From assembly GCF_006345805.1 (NCBI RefSeq), contig NC_042997.1, forward strand, positions 48,422,001-48,486,000: a stretch of DNA of 64,000 nt. Reading direction: 5' to 3'. Numbering within the stretch: the first letter of the stretch is position 1; each line of letters begins with the position of its first letter. This document shows, piece after piece, positions 13,637 through 26,339 of the stretch. The DNA comes from Octopus sinensis. Its lineage: Eukaryota. Under the pieces are notes generated by a model. The model had not been told where the DNA came from, searched no databases, and saw nothing but the letters and a program-made list of their open reading frames with translations. The translations under genes were made by a program, and so were the position numbers.

Positions 13637-15107
13637 CTGAAGTAGCGGAAATAAAAAGAGACCCAGGAATGTCACGTTATATAATCTACACTTCAATTCA
13701 CCAGCAGATAGCCTGATAGTCAAAGCTATTTTACAAAGAAATAATTTTCTGCCAATGTACATCGACTAAGGAATAACAATAATACCATGTTATCTGCATC
13801 GAAATCTTAAAACTCCATTGTATCCTCTATCATTAACGCAATGAGAACGTTGGCATGAATACTGTCCAATGTTGCTATATCAAACGTAGCACATTATTAA
13901 ATGTATTCCGCTCATTCGTTAAATGTCAGTTAATATTTTGTATAATTGTTTGATCATTATTTTCGTATTATACTACAACTATTCGTCCTTCTTTTTTTTT
14001 CTTTTTGAAGGGAAATTATAGGTATATTTACTAACGTCATATGTGTGCAAGAAGAAGATGGTTGTTTTAAGTTTTTTTTTTAATATTTTACTTATACGTT
14101 TGGTAAATTTGCAAGGGATGTAAACCCTTTTGTATTGCTTTTAAACACGTCATATATTGAACCTTCTATTTCGTCACATCAGCATTCAAGGAACTGGCAT
14201 AAAGCAATTTGTTTATAATATAACCTCAATATGCTGTCCATATTTCTGTGAAAGAAAGAAAGAAAGCACTTGTTGATGGAAGTAACCGGAGAAGAATATG
14301 ACAAATCAGAATTTGAAAAATATTTCGAAGATCGTACAAATGCACACAGAGACGCGCACGCGGCACATGCACACACGCGTACACACGTACGAACGCGAAC
14401 GCACAGATACACTAAGAAAGACAGAAAGAAAGAACGAAAAGGGTAATATGAATGAATGTGTAAATGAGTGCTCATGTAAACTTCTATTTCTATATTGCGC
14501 ATGTATCTTATATATAGATCTAATCATTTACAATATATTTTTATATTCATAAGGGAATTGAGCCGTGTTATAACACTTGTACAAATTTAGAAACTGTGTT
14601 TTTCTTTCTTCATAGTGTAGAATGATCGAACTTGCATATTTAAGATATAATTTGGTCAATGTTAGAGTGAAGATGTCAGAATCATTTCAAAAAAAAAAAA
14701 TTGAAAAAGCTACTGGATATAAACGCCTGTTTGCAGACAAGAAAACATAAATGACAATATTTATATAAACAAACTCAAGTTAATGGAAATAAATGGTGAA
14801 AAAGTTTACCCGAGTACAAATGTAAAGCGATCCATAGGGCATCTAGTAATCTCGATCCCATGACTCTACACCATAAAGTAAAATGTAGCAAGCGTTATAA
14901 ATTAACCGCACCTCGAGAAATATTTGTTACTACTCATTAGAAATTTACTAATGAATCATTGATTCAATTAGCAACCCACCTCTCTCACTACACCAAATCA
15001 TACAGTGTAAATAATTCTTCTTCTTCTTAGTAATTAGGTAATTAGCACTAATTTCAGTCTAATCTATGGAAAACAGGATTTATAAGAACATGTTTGAAGA
15101 TGTTTGC

Positions 15108-15145
<38 letters not shown>

Positions 15146-15146
15146 G

Positions 15147-15178
<32 letters not shown>

Positions 15179-15541
15179 ATATATATATGATGGAAAATTA
15201 TACGTGTATATACATGTATGTATGTATGTATAGATAACTTTCCATCATAGCTCGGCAATAAATAAATACATATTGCTGTAAAGAACAGGGAAGATGCATC
15301 CATTAATCTACAACCGTATAAGTAAAACTGCGCACGTATTCATATTTACCTCAGAAGGTACTTGCATCCTAGCTACATGGTTCCCCGTTCTCCGTGGCAC
15401 CTTCGCGTCTTCCACCCATAGCCTCGGATCGACTAAAATTTCGTATACGAAAACTAAATGTATATACATATATATACATATATGCATACATACATATGTA
15501 TATATATATATATATATATATACAGATATGTATATTATATA

Positions 15542-15578
<37 letters not shown>

Positions 15579-16399
15579 GTATGTATGCATATATATATAT
15601 TTATATATATATAAATATATATATATGTATATGTATATATATGTATGTTGTATATATATATATATATGTGTGTATATATATATCCCTTATTCTCTGCACA
15701 CTTTGTTCACTCCCCGCTTCTTAAATTCTCTCTCCGTTTTCTGTAAATATATATGTATCTGTGTGAGTGTATGTGTGTGTGAATGCGTGCATGTGCCTTT
15801 GCGTGTGTTCTGCATGTGTGTGTATATGTGCCTGTGTGTGTGCGTATGTGCTTGTGCTTGTGTGCTTATGTGTGTATTGATATAATATATCCGTTCTCTT
15901 GTAACGGGAAATAAGTAAATTTATTCACAAACCACTTTATTCTACAGGTTGTAAAATAGAAAGTGACCGCAGTAATCTAATATCTTTCTTTTTTTTACAT
16001 CCATTTACGAAATTATTTTATATAACTCCAGACAGGTTACTATTAAGAATGTTTCTAATATTCATAAACTTTGGATGTAAATTTGAAGAATTACATTTAT
16101 TTCAAAAGCGTTCAGTTCAAAAGTCAAAGTTGTGTCGAGTCCCCCACCCCACAAAAAAAAGGAAAAAAAGAGAAAGAATATATATAGTTTGAAAGTTTGA
16201 AGTGAATAAAATCACAAGAATACTTTTTCAATTCTGATAGTAGTCAGTGCATCTCATCTATAATAAAAATCAGTTCTGAGGTATTTATTGTTCGGGATAT
16301 GAAGCATTATACTCATGTTCCATATTTTTCGTCTTCGCAGATGTGAGAAATACTTTGTGTAGTAAATACTAGATTTGAGCTTGTTATAAATATGTGTGT

Positions 16400-16437
<38 letters not shown>

Positions 16438-16444
<7 letters not shown>

Positions 16445-16962
16445 ACAAGATAAGGGCAGAAGAAAAATTATAATGCCAAATATGTCGAAACAAAAAATTT
16501 TCGATAACCATTATAATTTATGCGTCTCGAAACAAACCGATAGAAATCTCTAAAAAATTCGTTATTACCGTATTGATCCAATTTCGGGGTTAATTCATAA
16601 GAAATTTTCCCCTCTTCAGCGGCAAATACGTGAGATATAAATGATATAATTACTCATACCCATGGAAAAAGCAAGCACTAAGTCCCGACCAGACTTAAGT
16701 ACCCCAAATATATCCAAAATAGAAAAATCTTCGGCGCACCTCTGGACTTAGTGCTTGCTTTTCCCATGGGTATGAGTAAGTATTTCAATTATATCTCGCG
16801 TATTTGCCGCTGAAGAGGGGGAAATTTCGTATGAATTAACCCCGAAATGAATTAACCTCGAAATTTGTTTCGAGACGCATAAATTATAATGGTTATCGAC
16901 AATTTTTTGTTTCAGCATATTTGGCATTAGAATTTTTCTTCTGCCCTTATCTTGTAAATTAT
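16438..16962. repeat. Fold-back inverted repeat (arms 16438-16685 and 16744-16962) carrying an HHR
   Basis: Reverse-complement arms with a 58-nt spacer; the left outer end abuts a (TA)n tract. Confidence 0.9.
16565..16625 (-). ncRNA. Type I minimal hammerhead ribozyme (complete core)
   Basis: Minus strand TTGCCG-CTGAAGA-GGGG(19 nt)CCCC-GAAA-TTGGATCAA-TA-CGGTAA. 6-bp stem I (one G.U), 4-bp stem II, stem III ATTG/CAAT, AUA triplet. Confidence 0.85.
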
Positions 16963-17061
16963 GTATAAACTTTACCTTTAAAGGCATTTTTTGATATGCT
17001 GGCCATTGATAAAAAATTTTTCCCGAAAAGAATGTTATCCTATATTTATTATATATATATA

Positions 17062-17228
17062 TAGGGTATCTAAGAGATACCTTTACGCTGGAGAGAGCAG
17101 TCAAAACTTGACTCTAAAATCACATTAAATGTTCATACAGCACCAGGTGGTGTATGAACATTTAATATGGTTTTAGAGTCAAGTTTTGACTGCTTTTTCC
17201 AGCGTGGTGGTATCTCTTAGATACCCTA
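17062..17228. repeat. Imperfect palindrome, MITE-like (~78-bp arms)
   Basis: TAGGGTATCTAAGAGATACC... / ...GGTATCTCTTAGATACCCTA with the apex near 17145; no HHR seen. Confidence 0.8.
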
Positions 17229-17319
17229 AATTATAATTTTAGGTAATTATTACCTTTGAAAGGTTAGTATTCCCATACTGGCCACCTGATAAGATTGGTA
17301 TTTAAATATCGATCTTATC

Positions 17320-17366
<47 letters not shown>

Positions 17367-17371
17367 TATAT

Positions 17372-18235
17372 ATACATATGAGATTGATGACCACTATGCA
17401 ATTTGCTCGTAGATCTTCAGTGTGACCGTCAATACAAATATAATTTGCAGAACTATACACCAGGACGTCCTCCCGAGGTTGGATCTGTATCTAGTTCTAC
17501 CTATTACACTTGTGGTTATTTTTCAAAAGTCCTCGTTTTGGCGCGCTAAATTACCGGAAAATAATACTGCAGAAAGAAAGTTACTGCAGTGGCTCTTGCC
17601 GGTTGTGAACGTATTAATTTTAATTTAAATTTAAATTGAGGATGAGGAATTGGATATTAATTTAATTAAGATCAGTTTAACTCCAATTGTCTAGCATATT
17701 AAAATCTGAAGGTTCAGTAAATTGTAATGTATACATATGAGATGGGTGACCACTATGTGGACAACCCTTATGCTAGAATTAGATCCGCTATGATCTTACC
17801 ACTAAGAAATGTTCCCAAGAAAAATTTAGCGAACACCAGAACGTAAGCGAACAAGATGAATGAAAAGTAACAAAAATATAGAATATTCAAATACATGTTT
17901 CACTATTAACAGATTACGTAATTTTACTTACGCAATTTGTCCGTAGATCTTCAGTGTGACCGTCAATACAAACATAATTTGTAGAACTATACACGAGGAC
18001 GTCCGCACGAGTTGGGTTTGTATCTAGTTCTACCTATTACACTTGTAGTTATTTTTCAAAAGTCCTCGTTTTGGCGCGCTAGCATAAGTGTTGTCCACAT
18101 AGTGGTCATCCCTCTAACGTGTATATATTACAATTTGCTGAACCTTCAGACTAAAATATGATGGACCGCAGGTGTTAAATTGATGCTAATTAAATTAATA
18201 TCCAATTTCTCACCCTCACTGCAAATTTAAATTTA
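17372..18235. mobile_element. Rearranged repeat with direct (17398-17548 ~ 17932-18081) and inverted (17620-17776 ~ 18079-18235) blocks; Penelope pLTR-like
   Basis: Block alignments are visible in the sequence; an HHR-like motif lies at 17887-17959; both ends are flanked by (TA)n. Confidence 0.6.
17887..17959 (-). ncRNA. Minimal hammerhead ribozyme, slightly degenerate
   Basis: Minus strand TCACA-CTGAAGA-TCTA...TAGT-GAAA-CATG-TA-TTTGA. Palindromic ACATGT stem III and GUA triplet, with one mismatch each in stems I and II. Confidence 0.6.
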
Positions 18236-18567
18236 TATATATATATATATATAGATAGATAGATAGTTAGATAGATAGATAGACAGATATTCTATAGACA
18301 GGCAGACAGACAGACAGACTGACAGACATAGATTAGATAGCTAGATATGTGTGTAGGCATGTGTGTGTGTGTAGTTTCCCACAGGCTCAAATCCGATATT
18401 TGCCATCCGAAGTATGTCTCACATCTTCAAAGACAACAGAGATGAAAGGAAAGTAAAAAGGAATGACAATGCATAATAAATATGTCGTCTACAATCTGTA
18501 TGGAGAAATCCTTCAGCATAATGTAAAAGAGATTTTATTAAAACAAAGAGTAATACATTTGTGGGTT

Positions 18568-18765
18568 TTAAGGCAGAATCGTAAGCCTGGCGGGCAAAAC
18601 GCTTGGTGGCATTGCGACCGTCTTTACGTTCCGAGTTCAAATGCCACCGAGGTCGACTTTAACTTTCATCCTTTTGGGTCGATAAAATAAGAACCATTTA
18701 AGTACTGTGGTCGATGTTATCGAATTTCACACTCCTCTGAAATTGCGATCAAATTTGAAAGCAAC
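18568..18765 (+). mobile_element. tRNA-derived SINE (GGCAGAATCGTTAGC... family), degenerate
   Basis: Shared core GAGGTCGACTTT.CTTTCATCCTTT.GGGTCGATAAAATAAG, resembling the Meta/MESC-type conserved SINE domain as I recall it. Confidence 0.75.
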
Positions 18766-18885
18766 ATAATTGCAAAATATGTACGAGTTGTGCCCTGGGC
18801 TCATTATATTTTACCAGCCACCCCGCCTCGAACATTTTGTCCATGTGCCAAAATTTGAAATCAATATATTTGTGTGTGAAAGAAA

Positions 18886-19330
18886 GCGACTTGCTGGCAG
18901 AATCGTTAGCCCACCGGAAAAGTCCTTCCGACTCTAAGTTCGAAGATCAAATGCCGCCGAGGTGGACTTTGATTTTACTCCTTTTGGGGTCGATAAAATA
19001 AATACCTATTTCTTTACTACCCACAAGGGGCTAAACACAGAGGGGACAAAGAAGGACAGACACACGGATTAAGTCGATTATATCAACCCCAGTGCGTAAC
19101 TGGTACTTATTTAATCGACCCCGAAAGGATGAAAGGCAAAGTCGACCTCAGCGGAATTTGAACGCAGAAAGTAACGGCAGATGAAGTGCGGCTAGGCAAT
19201 TCGCCTGGCGTGCTAACGTTTCTACCAAGCTCGCCGCCTTTAATAAATACCAGTTCAGCACTGAGGTCAATGCAATCGACTTACACTACTTCTTCAAAAT
19301 TTCTGGCCTTGTGCCACAATTTAAAATCAA
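18886..19330 (+). mobile_element. SINE of the same family, interrupted by a nested SINE
   Basis: The host sequence resumes at 19242 after the duplicated AATAAATACC. Confidence 0.75.
19007..19241 (-). mobile_element. Nested full-length SINE with a 10-bp target-site duplication
   Basis: TSD AATAAATACC at 18997-19006 and 19242-19251; head AAGGCGGCGAGCTTGGTAGAAACGTTAGC on the minus strand. Confidence 0.85.
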
Positions 19331-20183
19331 GCTGCGTGGGTGTTTGAAGCAGGGATCTGGCAAATCTTCTGAAGCCGGAACAAGAAGTTTAGCGTCATTT
19401 CGATCGGCTTTACTTTCTGCGTATAAATTCCATTTAGGGTTAGTTTGTATTTCGGGGTCGATAAAATTAGCACCAGTTAGGTACTGGAACCGATGTAATC
19501 GACTTACTCCCCCCCACAAAATTCCTGGAGATGCACCAAAATTCGAAATCAATACTTGCGTGCGTGCGTGCGTGCGAGTGTTTATGTGTGTGTATGTGTG
19601 TGTGTGTGTGTGTGTGTGTTTCTGTCTCTATGGTTTGTGTGCATATATGTATGCATGCCGATAAATACTTTGATGCAGTATACTTTAATTGATATTTCAG
19701 AATCTCAGACTGTTTTAGATCAAGATCCCACTCCAAATTTCGTGTTGCGTACTAACCGTGTTTCCCAGAGAAAGAGAGATGGAGAGAGAATTAGATTATT
19801 ATAAACATGGATCATATAATATTATCAAAAAACGCACTTAGTTCAGGGGCGTATATTCCGGCTGTGCTTCGCGTGCAATACACACCCAGCGAAAATGGCA
19901 AATTCATTATAAATATAAACCTTACGCATTAATTTAATCACGCAACTTTTGACGTACCCCTGCTTGAAAATTGGTGCACTGAGTGTGACAGCACACCCAA
20001 TACAACAACCACCATACCCCACAGAATTAGTTATATTCCGAATGCATTTAAATGCTTGTTTCACGAGGTTATATAATAAATAGCTACGCAGGTATTTATT
20101 CTTTACTCTCGTTACTATCGAAATATATTTTTAGTTTCAAAGTCACCGCTCCCACTTCCATATTTAATATACTTCATATGTAA

Positions 20184-20416
20184 GGCGGTGAGCTGGCAGA
20201 ATCGTTAGCACACCAGGCGAAATGCTTAGCGGTATTTCGTCTGCCGTTACGTTCTGAGTTCAAATTCCGCCGAGGTCGACTTTGCCTTTCATCCTCTAGG
20301 GGTCGATAAATTAAGTACCAGTAACGCCCTGGGGCCGATGTAATCGATTTAATCCGTTTGTCTGTCCTTGTTTGTCCCCTCTGTGTTTAGCCCATTGTGG
20401 GCAATAAGAAAAATAA
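20184..20416 (+). mobile_element. Full-length SINE, same family
   Basis: GGCGGTGAGCTGGCAGAATCGTTAGC head, B-box-like GAGTTCAAATTCC, conserved core and (AAG/AAT)-rich tail. Confidence 0.9.
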
Positions 20417-21410
20417 GAAACGTTAGCACGCTGTGGTTAATTTGTCTTTGCGAGAATTTGGTTAGTAATTGTTATTATTATTTATAGTTATTGTTGCCAT
20501 TTATTGTTAAATTTTAAACTTTTCTTATTGTTCTATGTTTTCTTTTTTTACAGACGTAGTGGACAGTTGTTCCCCTCCGCAAGGGGGAGATAAATGGAGA
20601 GTTGGGGAAGAAACCTCGAAGAATGTGGGTTGGTATTTTTATCGAAAAATAGTTATACTGAACATAAATCAGGACATTTTGCTTAAGGTAATGCTAGAAA
20701 GCTAATCATAATTTATTTTGATAAATAACAAATTCATTACATTTGTTTAGAAATCTTTTCCTTATTCGCAAATAGATGTTCCAGAGACTGACGCAAATGA
20801 AACCAACAGTTCTGCCGCTCTAGTAAGTTTCGGCTACAGGTAGATAAGTGCAATTATAATAGAACTTTGTATTGCTTGATTCCTGCGTGGAAATATACTC
20901 AGCTAAGGAAGCAAAAAATTTAGTTTATCGTTAATAAAGAAATATTTATGAGCAGAAATTCTTTTCTTGACAAAGATATTTATGAAGTCAATATGGAAAA
21001 ATTACTTAGGATTGGATTTAGATGCTTAATGCACATACGTCACGAAGTATGAAACGCATATGGCTATTTTAATCGAAGACAGCTTCTGTTGCACATAACG
21101 AATTTTATGCAGTCGGGCGACCAATAATAATGCAAAAATTATTCACACACTCTTTGCTATATCAGTAGCAACAAAAGACTTCGTCTTATCATAATGTTGG
21201 CTACGAGTTGATGTTACATAACGTCCAATTAGGCAGAAATGCGTATCAAGCATTCTCACCTGTCGCAGCTGTACGATTTTCAAAAGAGAGACTAGCCACG
21301 GATAATTACTACTGTAGCTATGTCTCTTGCGATGAATGTACATTAAATATGGTACACAGATATATATATATATATTATATATATATATATATACACATAT
21401 ATATATATAT

Positions 21411-21480
<70 letters not shown>

Positions 21481-21492
21481 ATACATATATAT

Positions 21493-21536
<44 letters not shown>

Positions 21537-22080
21537 TATTATATACCTATCTGTGGACCATATTTAACGTACATGTAATATATATATATATATATAATAT
21601 ATATATATATATACACAAATACACACACATCGAGAAAAAGACAAAGAGAGAGAGAGAGAGGAGAGAGGTGTATATATATATGTATATATATGTATTTATA
21701 CATATTCGCGCGCGCGCTTGTTTTATGCAGATCAGTAGCTTCAGTTATTTGGGATTGAAGTTCGTACACACGAATTGGATTCTTGTTTTTCTGGAAGTGA
21801 CCAAGTAATATAGACGCCTTTTGATGAGGCCTTAATAATAGTCTAAAATCGATTTAGTAATTTTACATAAATTTGTACGGATTCAATTCATACGTACGAA
21901 AAGCGGATATCTTAACGTATATTTTTTGGGCTACTAAGTCATGTATGTGTATATACGTATATACATACACACACACAACTATAATATACATACATATACG
22001 TATATGTGTGTATGTGTGTATGTATATACGTATGTATGTATGTATGTATGTATGTATGTATGTATGTATGTATGTATGTG

Positions 22081-22444
22081 CCATTATTTAGTTTTATGTC
22101 AAGATTTCTTGCCGATAAAGAGCTGGTTTCTAATTTAGATTCAAGGCTCCTTCATTGGAATTTCAACAACATGAACAGAATATATTTGTATCTATGTTTA
22201 TGTGCGGATTTTTATGTTTCTATGTTTTATGTATGACGTCTCATGCTTATACTTGCATATTTAGACATGCTTATATATACTTAAATGATAAACTTCTGAA
22301 AAGTTTTACAGATTTTTTCAGTTCCAGTGATGGATTGAATCCAGTTTAGTCTTCGAATCAGCTTTCTCCTTTCTGGTTCTGAGAAGCCTTATTTCACAAG
22401 ACTGGTATTTGGGTAGTGTATTACATATCCCAGGGTCTAAATAA
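22081..22444 (-). mobile_element. 5'-truncated R4/Dong-like LINE 3' end
   Basis: Homologous along its length to the 3' end of the adjacent copy (22531-22880); its 3' end abuts (TATG)n at 22030-22078. Confidence 0.75.
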
Positions 22445-22530
22445 TGTATGTATGTATGTATGTATGTATGTATGTATGTATGTATGTATGTATGTATGTA
22501 TGTATGTATGTATGTATTATGTATGTATGT

Positions 22531-23410
22531 CATTATTCAGTTTATTTCAAGATTTCTTGCCGACACTGAAAGAACATGTTTCTAACCTAGCTTGAAGGCT
22601 CCTTCAATGGAATTTCAACATCAGCAACAGGGTATTTTTGTATGTATGTATGTATGCATTTGCAAAATTGTATATTTTATGTATGTATATTCATGCATAT
22701 AGTTGCATATATAGACATGCTCATATATATTTGAATGATAAACTTCTGGAAAGTTTTACAGATTTTTATAGTTCCAGAGATGGATTCAATGTGTAGTCTT
22801 AGAATTAGATTTCTCCTTTCTGGTTTTGAGCAGTCTAATTTCTCAAGATTTGTAATTTGGCAGTGCGCTACATGTCCAAGGGTATCAATAATTACAGGTA
22901 TAAACCTGAACTTGTAACCTGGATAGAGTAACTGTAGATTTCTCAACAGTTCAGCATAGACGTTCTCTTCTTCACTGATCTTCAGCTTTATGCTAACATC
23001 CGCTGGGCAGCTAATTTCCACAACTGTGTACAGCTCATCGTGTCTATCACAAATCATAATATCACGTCTGTTGTGCTTGCATATTATTGAGGTCTTTGCT
23101 GGGACATTCCTTTTTATTACGAGTGGCTATAGCTTCTACCATATTGTAGGTTCTTATTCTTTGTCAGCGAGATTATCCTTCCGACGGATTTAATTAAAGC
23201 TACAATATCATGCCTCATCGGTAGATAATACCGTGATGATATTTTCAGACAACTGCTTATGATGTAGCTGTTATCTTCACTGTGAACTCCATAAAGTCTG
23301 CATCTGTTGTCACGTCTTACCGCTTTTCCTGTATCTCTATCCCTTTTCTACTTCAGACACTTGGTTGATATTTCCGGTTCCTGGATTGCAAACGCATACC
23401 TTACAAATTA
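22531..23410 (-). mobile_element. R4/Dong-like LINE fragment (CCHC region plus restriction-like endonuclease)
   Basis: Translations FAIQEPEISTK..RCRLYG..IISSCLKISSRYYLPMRHDIVA and HNRRDIMICD..VVEISCPAD..IPVIIDTLG match the RLE-LINE C-terminus; frameshifted. Confidence 0.85.
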
Positions 23411-23942
23411 GGAGGTAGTAATCTGGCTGCTGGGCCATGATAAACTGCTTTGATGATCGATGTTACTATCATTTCTGAGCTTTCTACTAATATATCCATG
23501 CATAATCTTTTGTTCTACGTATGTATGTATGCATGTATGTATGTACGTATGTATGTATGCATGTATGTATGTTTGTATGCATGTATGCATGTCTCTCTGT
23601 ATGTATAGAAGTCAATCGATTTGCAGAGTCATGTTTGATAGCATAGAATAAGTTGAAACATATTCTAGTTACCCCTTCTTTTAGTAAATACTGTTCATTT
23701 CACCTCCCTTCCTTTCACGCTCCGTAGATAATGAAACACGCCAGTTGTAGTGCGATACCCTCTCTTTTCATATAATGTACATTGAATGATCCGCTAGGTG
23801 TAAAATGACGGACGAGATACGGAGTGTGTCTACTCGTGGTTAAATGAGCACCCAAAACAATTAGCTGAAGCACGAAACATGCTGCTAATCAACAATCTTA
23901 GTGAGTGACGGTTATACATATGCATTCATAAATTTGTGTGTG

Positions 23943-23987
<45 letters not shown>

Positions 23988-24459
23988 GTATGTGTGCGCG
24001 CGGGCCTAGCAGGAATATTTTACAATTGCAAAAATTTATAAATCGAACACCTATCGCTATATTCGATGCAAAAAACAATCAAAAATCCGATTGTGATTCG
24101 CTAGAATAATACTAACATCATCAAAAAAATTTAACCATCAAAGACTTTCTGCGAAACAAAGTTTAACAAGCGTCTTCAGTACACTTTTTTTCTGAAGAAG
24201 AATACGACTATGTATTCAGTGTATTTTAGCCACTACAACAGATCGCACATCGCTGAGTGCAGACTGGACGCCAAAACGGTGATCAGAATCCAGCGGCACA
24301 CCAGAGCGCTCTGACAACACAAAAACAATGGACGGTGGGGACAGCAACGCACGCTGATCAGCTAAGTTCAAGGGATTCTCGACAGCAACTACTATCATAT
24401 CTAGTCCAAGAACAATAAGCTTCGAAATATCTCGGCGTTTATTGTTGTCAGTAACCACA

Positions 24460-24690
24460 ACATTTGTTAGTTAATTTTTTGGCTCAAAAAGCAAAAAGCA
24501 AGGCCATGTAGGGGGACATGGATTTATGTACAGGGTGGTGTTCATGTAAAGAGTTCAGGCCACTTGAGGTCAAGGGAGACTTTGAATCGAGCGGTTGTCG
24601 GCATCTTCACCATCTCGTCTGGCAGCTTATCCACGGATCCGCAACCCGGACGGAGAAATCCCCTCTCCTTCGATTGAGATGAAATCATCG
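24460..24690 (-). mobile_element. CR1-type LINE 3' fragment
   Basis: Minus translation FHLNRRRGDFSVRVADPW.KLPDEMVKMPTTARFKVSLD resembles the CR1 ORF2 C-terminus. Confidence 0.65.
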
Positions 24691-24779
24691 CAGATAGAGC
24701 TTTTGTTTGTTAACAATACAAAAAGTATTACTTCATCAAAAATTTGAACCAGATTTCTGTACTCTTTAACGCGATTATA

Positions 24780-25023
24780 CTTCCGTGAAGAAGTCTAGTA
24801 AAGCGATCTTGTTTCGTAGCTATGTCAGCGAAGGGTCATAATATTTTCTCATATCGCATTACCTAATTCGGGGATTCTGTATTTCGCTTTATTAAGTATT
24901 TTTCATTTGTGTCATTGCGTTGACACTTTTGGTCCTGCTTTATCGATCTAATGTTTAATTCTGTCGATGTGGGTGCGTTCAAAATTATTTAAATTTACGT
25001 ACTTTCGTTACTACACTATGCTA
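24780..25023. repeat. Dispersed repeat of unknown class, copy 1 (copy 2 at 50410-50680)
   Basis: Shared GTTTCGT.GCTATGTCAGCGAAGGGTCATA...ATTCGGGGATTCTGTATTTCGCTTTATT...CTACACTATGCTA, same orientation. Confidence 0.85.
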
Positions 25024-25129
25024 CATATCAGAGGATGTTTCAAATAATTGTGTAGCACAGTCAACGATGGTGCCCCAGCAACTGTAGCTATGAAGCTGAA
25101 ATAATTTCAAGATTTAAATATTTATATAT

Positions 25130-25812
25130 TCTGAGGTCCTTTAAAACAAGAGAGCAAGAAACTATGTAGAGCCTGTGGAGAACATTTGTTCTCAGCCGCC
25201 TGAACTACTGCTCCCAGTTATGGTCACCACATAGTGCCAAACTAACAGCGGAGCTTTAGGTAATCCAACGCAACTATGCTAAAATGTTAAAAATAGTGCA
25301 GTGGATGAGCTACAGGGATAGACTGAAAAAAACTACAACTTTTCTCCCTGGAGTGAAGGTGCGACAGACATGTAATAATCTACACATGGAAGACCCTAGG
25401 ACTAGTATAATTTCGGCATTGAGTGTTATATAAATGCCAGAAATGACTGCCATTTTATTGTACTTAAGGTACCACCCAGTCCATCTAAATCTAGGAGCAG
25501 GTACTGCAAAAGTCTAGAATTCAAAGGGCCACAGCTCTTCAATGCCCTGCCATAAAAATTAAGAAATCTGCATAAGGTGGAAGTAAATGTCTTCAAAAAG
25601 GAACAATATATCCTTCTCTCCACAATACCGGATGAACCAATAGCCCGACCCGAGGTACAGACTTGAGGCAGCGGAATCAAACTCCCTTATATACCATATC
25701 AGCCGAGAGGTGGTACATAGAGGCGTGGTGATGTGAAACACTCCAGAATGAGGATATCAGAAAGGTCACAGCGGTGCTCCAGCCCGACCGCAGCCACGTG
25801 ACTAAAAGAAGT
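25130..25812 (+). mobile_element. CR1-type LINE 3' fragment with 3' UTR
   Basis: Translations RLNYCSQLWSPH..IQRNY..SYRDRLK and FKGPQLFNALP..FKK..IPDEP with stops; the tail is related to SINE tails. Confidence 0.85.
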
Positions 25813-25849
25813 AATTAGAATATGAATACACACACACGCACACACACAC

Positions 25850-25911
<62 letters not shown>

Positions 25912-26339
25912 CCAACGACAAATAATAGAATATTTGGTACATTTATTCTTTATATATATATAAAATGCAACACGCTGGTAGCTCCATTATTTCATGTATA
26001 AATATAAATAAATATTTGTATTCAGTGTAATAATTCAACATACATTTGAAACAATGTAAATCTCTGTTTTTATGCATATTCCTTTTCGGAAAAAAATATA
26101 TATCTATTATAAATTATCGAAACGCACGCAACGGAAGAAGAAACGTAATCCCCAAAATTCCATTTTTGGACTTGGTATGTTATATACCACAACCAATTTG
26201 TCAGTCAAGAAATTTCAATCTGTATTTATGGTTATTTTTTTTTCAAGGAAAATTATCCATTTCTATGCTTGCTGGTAGTCAGTGTTCGCAAGAGTACTTA
26301 CAGAAAATCTTCCTTTAATGTGTCTCTCCTTACTAACTG

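Noticed and set aside
17141-17153. CACCAGGTGGTG, resembling a CTCF motif (also at ~33684-33695)
   Set aside because: Explained by a hairpin apex and by the LINE/SINE tail motif; a partial match to a degenerate motif is not evidence of binding.
23858-23890. ATTAG-CTGAAG-CAC-GAAA-CATG-CTG-CTAAT, HHR-like
   Set aside because: It has no stem II, lacks A9 and has no UH cleavage site.
24192-24217. CTGAAGA-A-GAATAC(6)GTATTC: HHR 5' core with a perfect stem II
   Set aside because: Not followed by GAAA, stem III or a matching stem I; at most a truncated relic.
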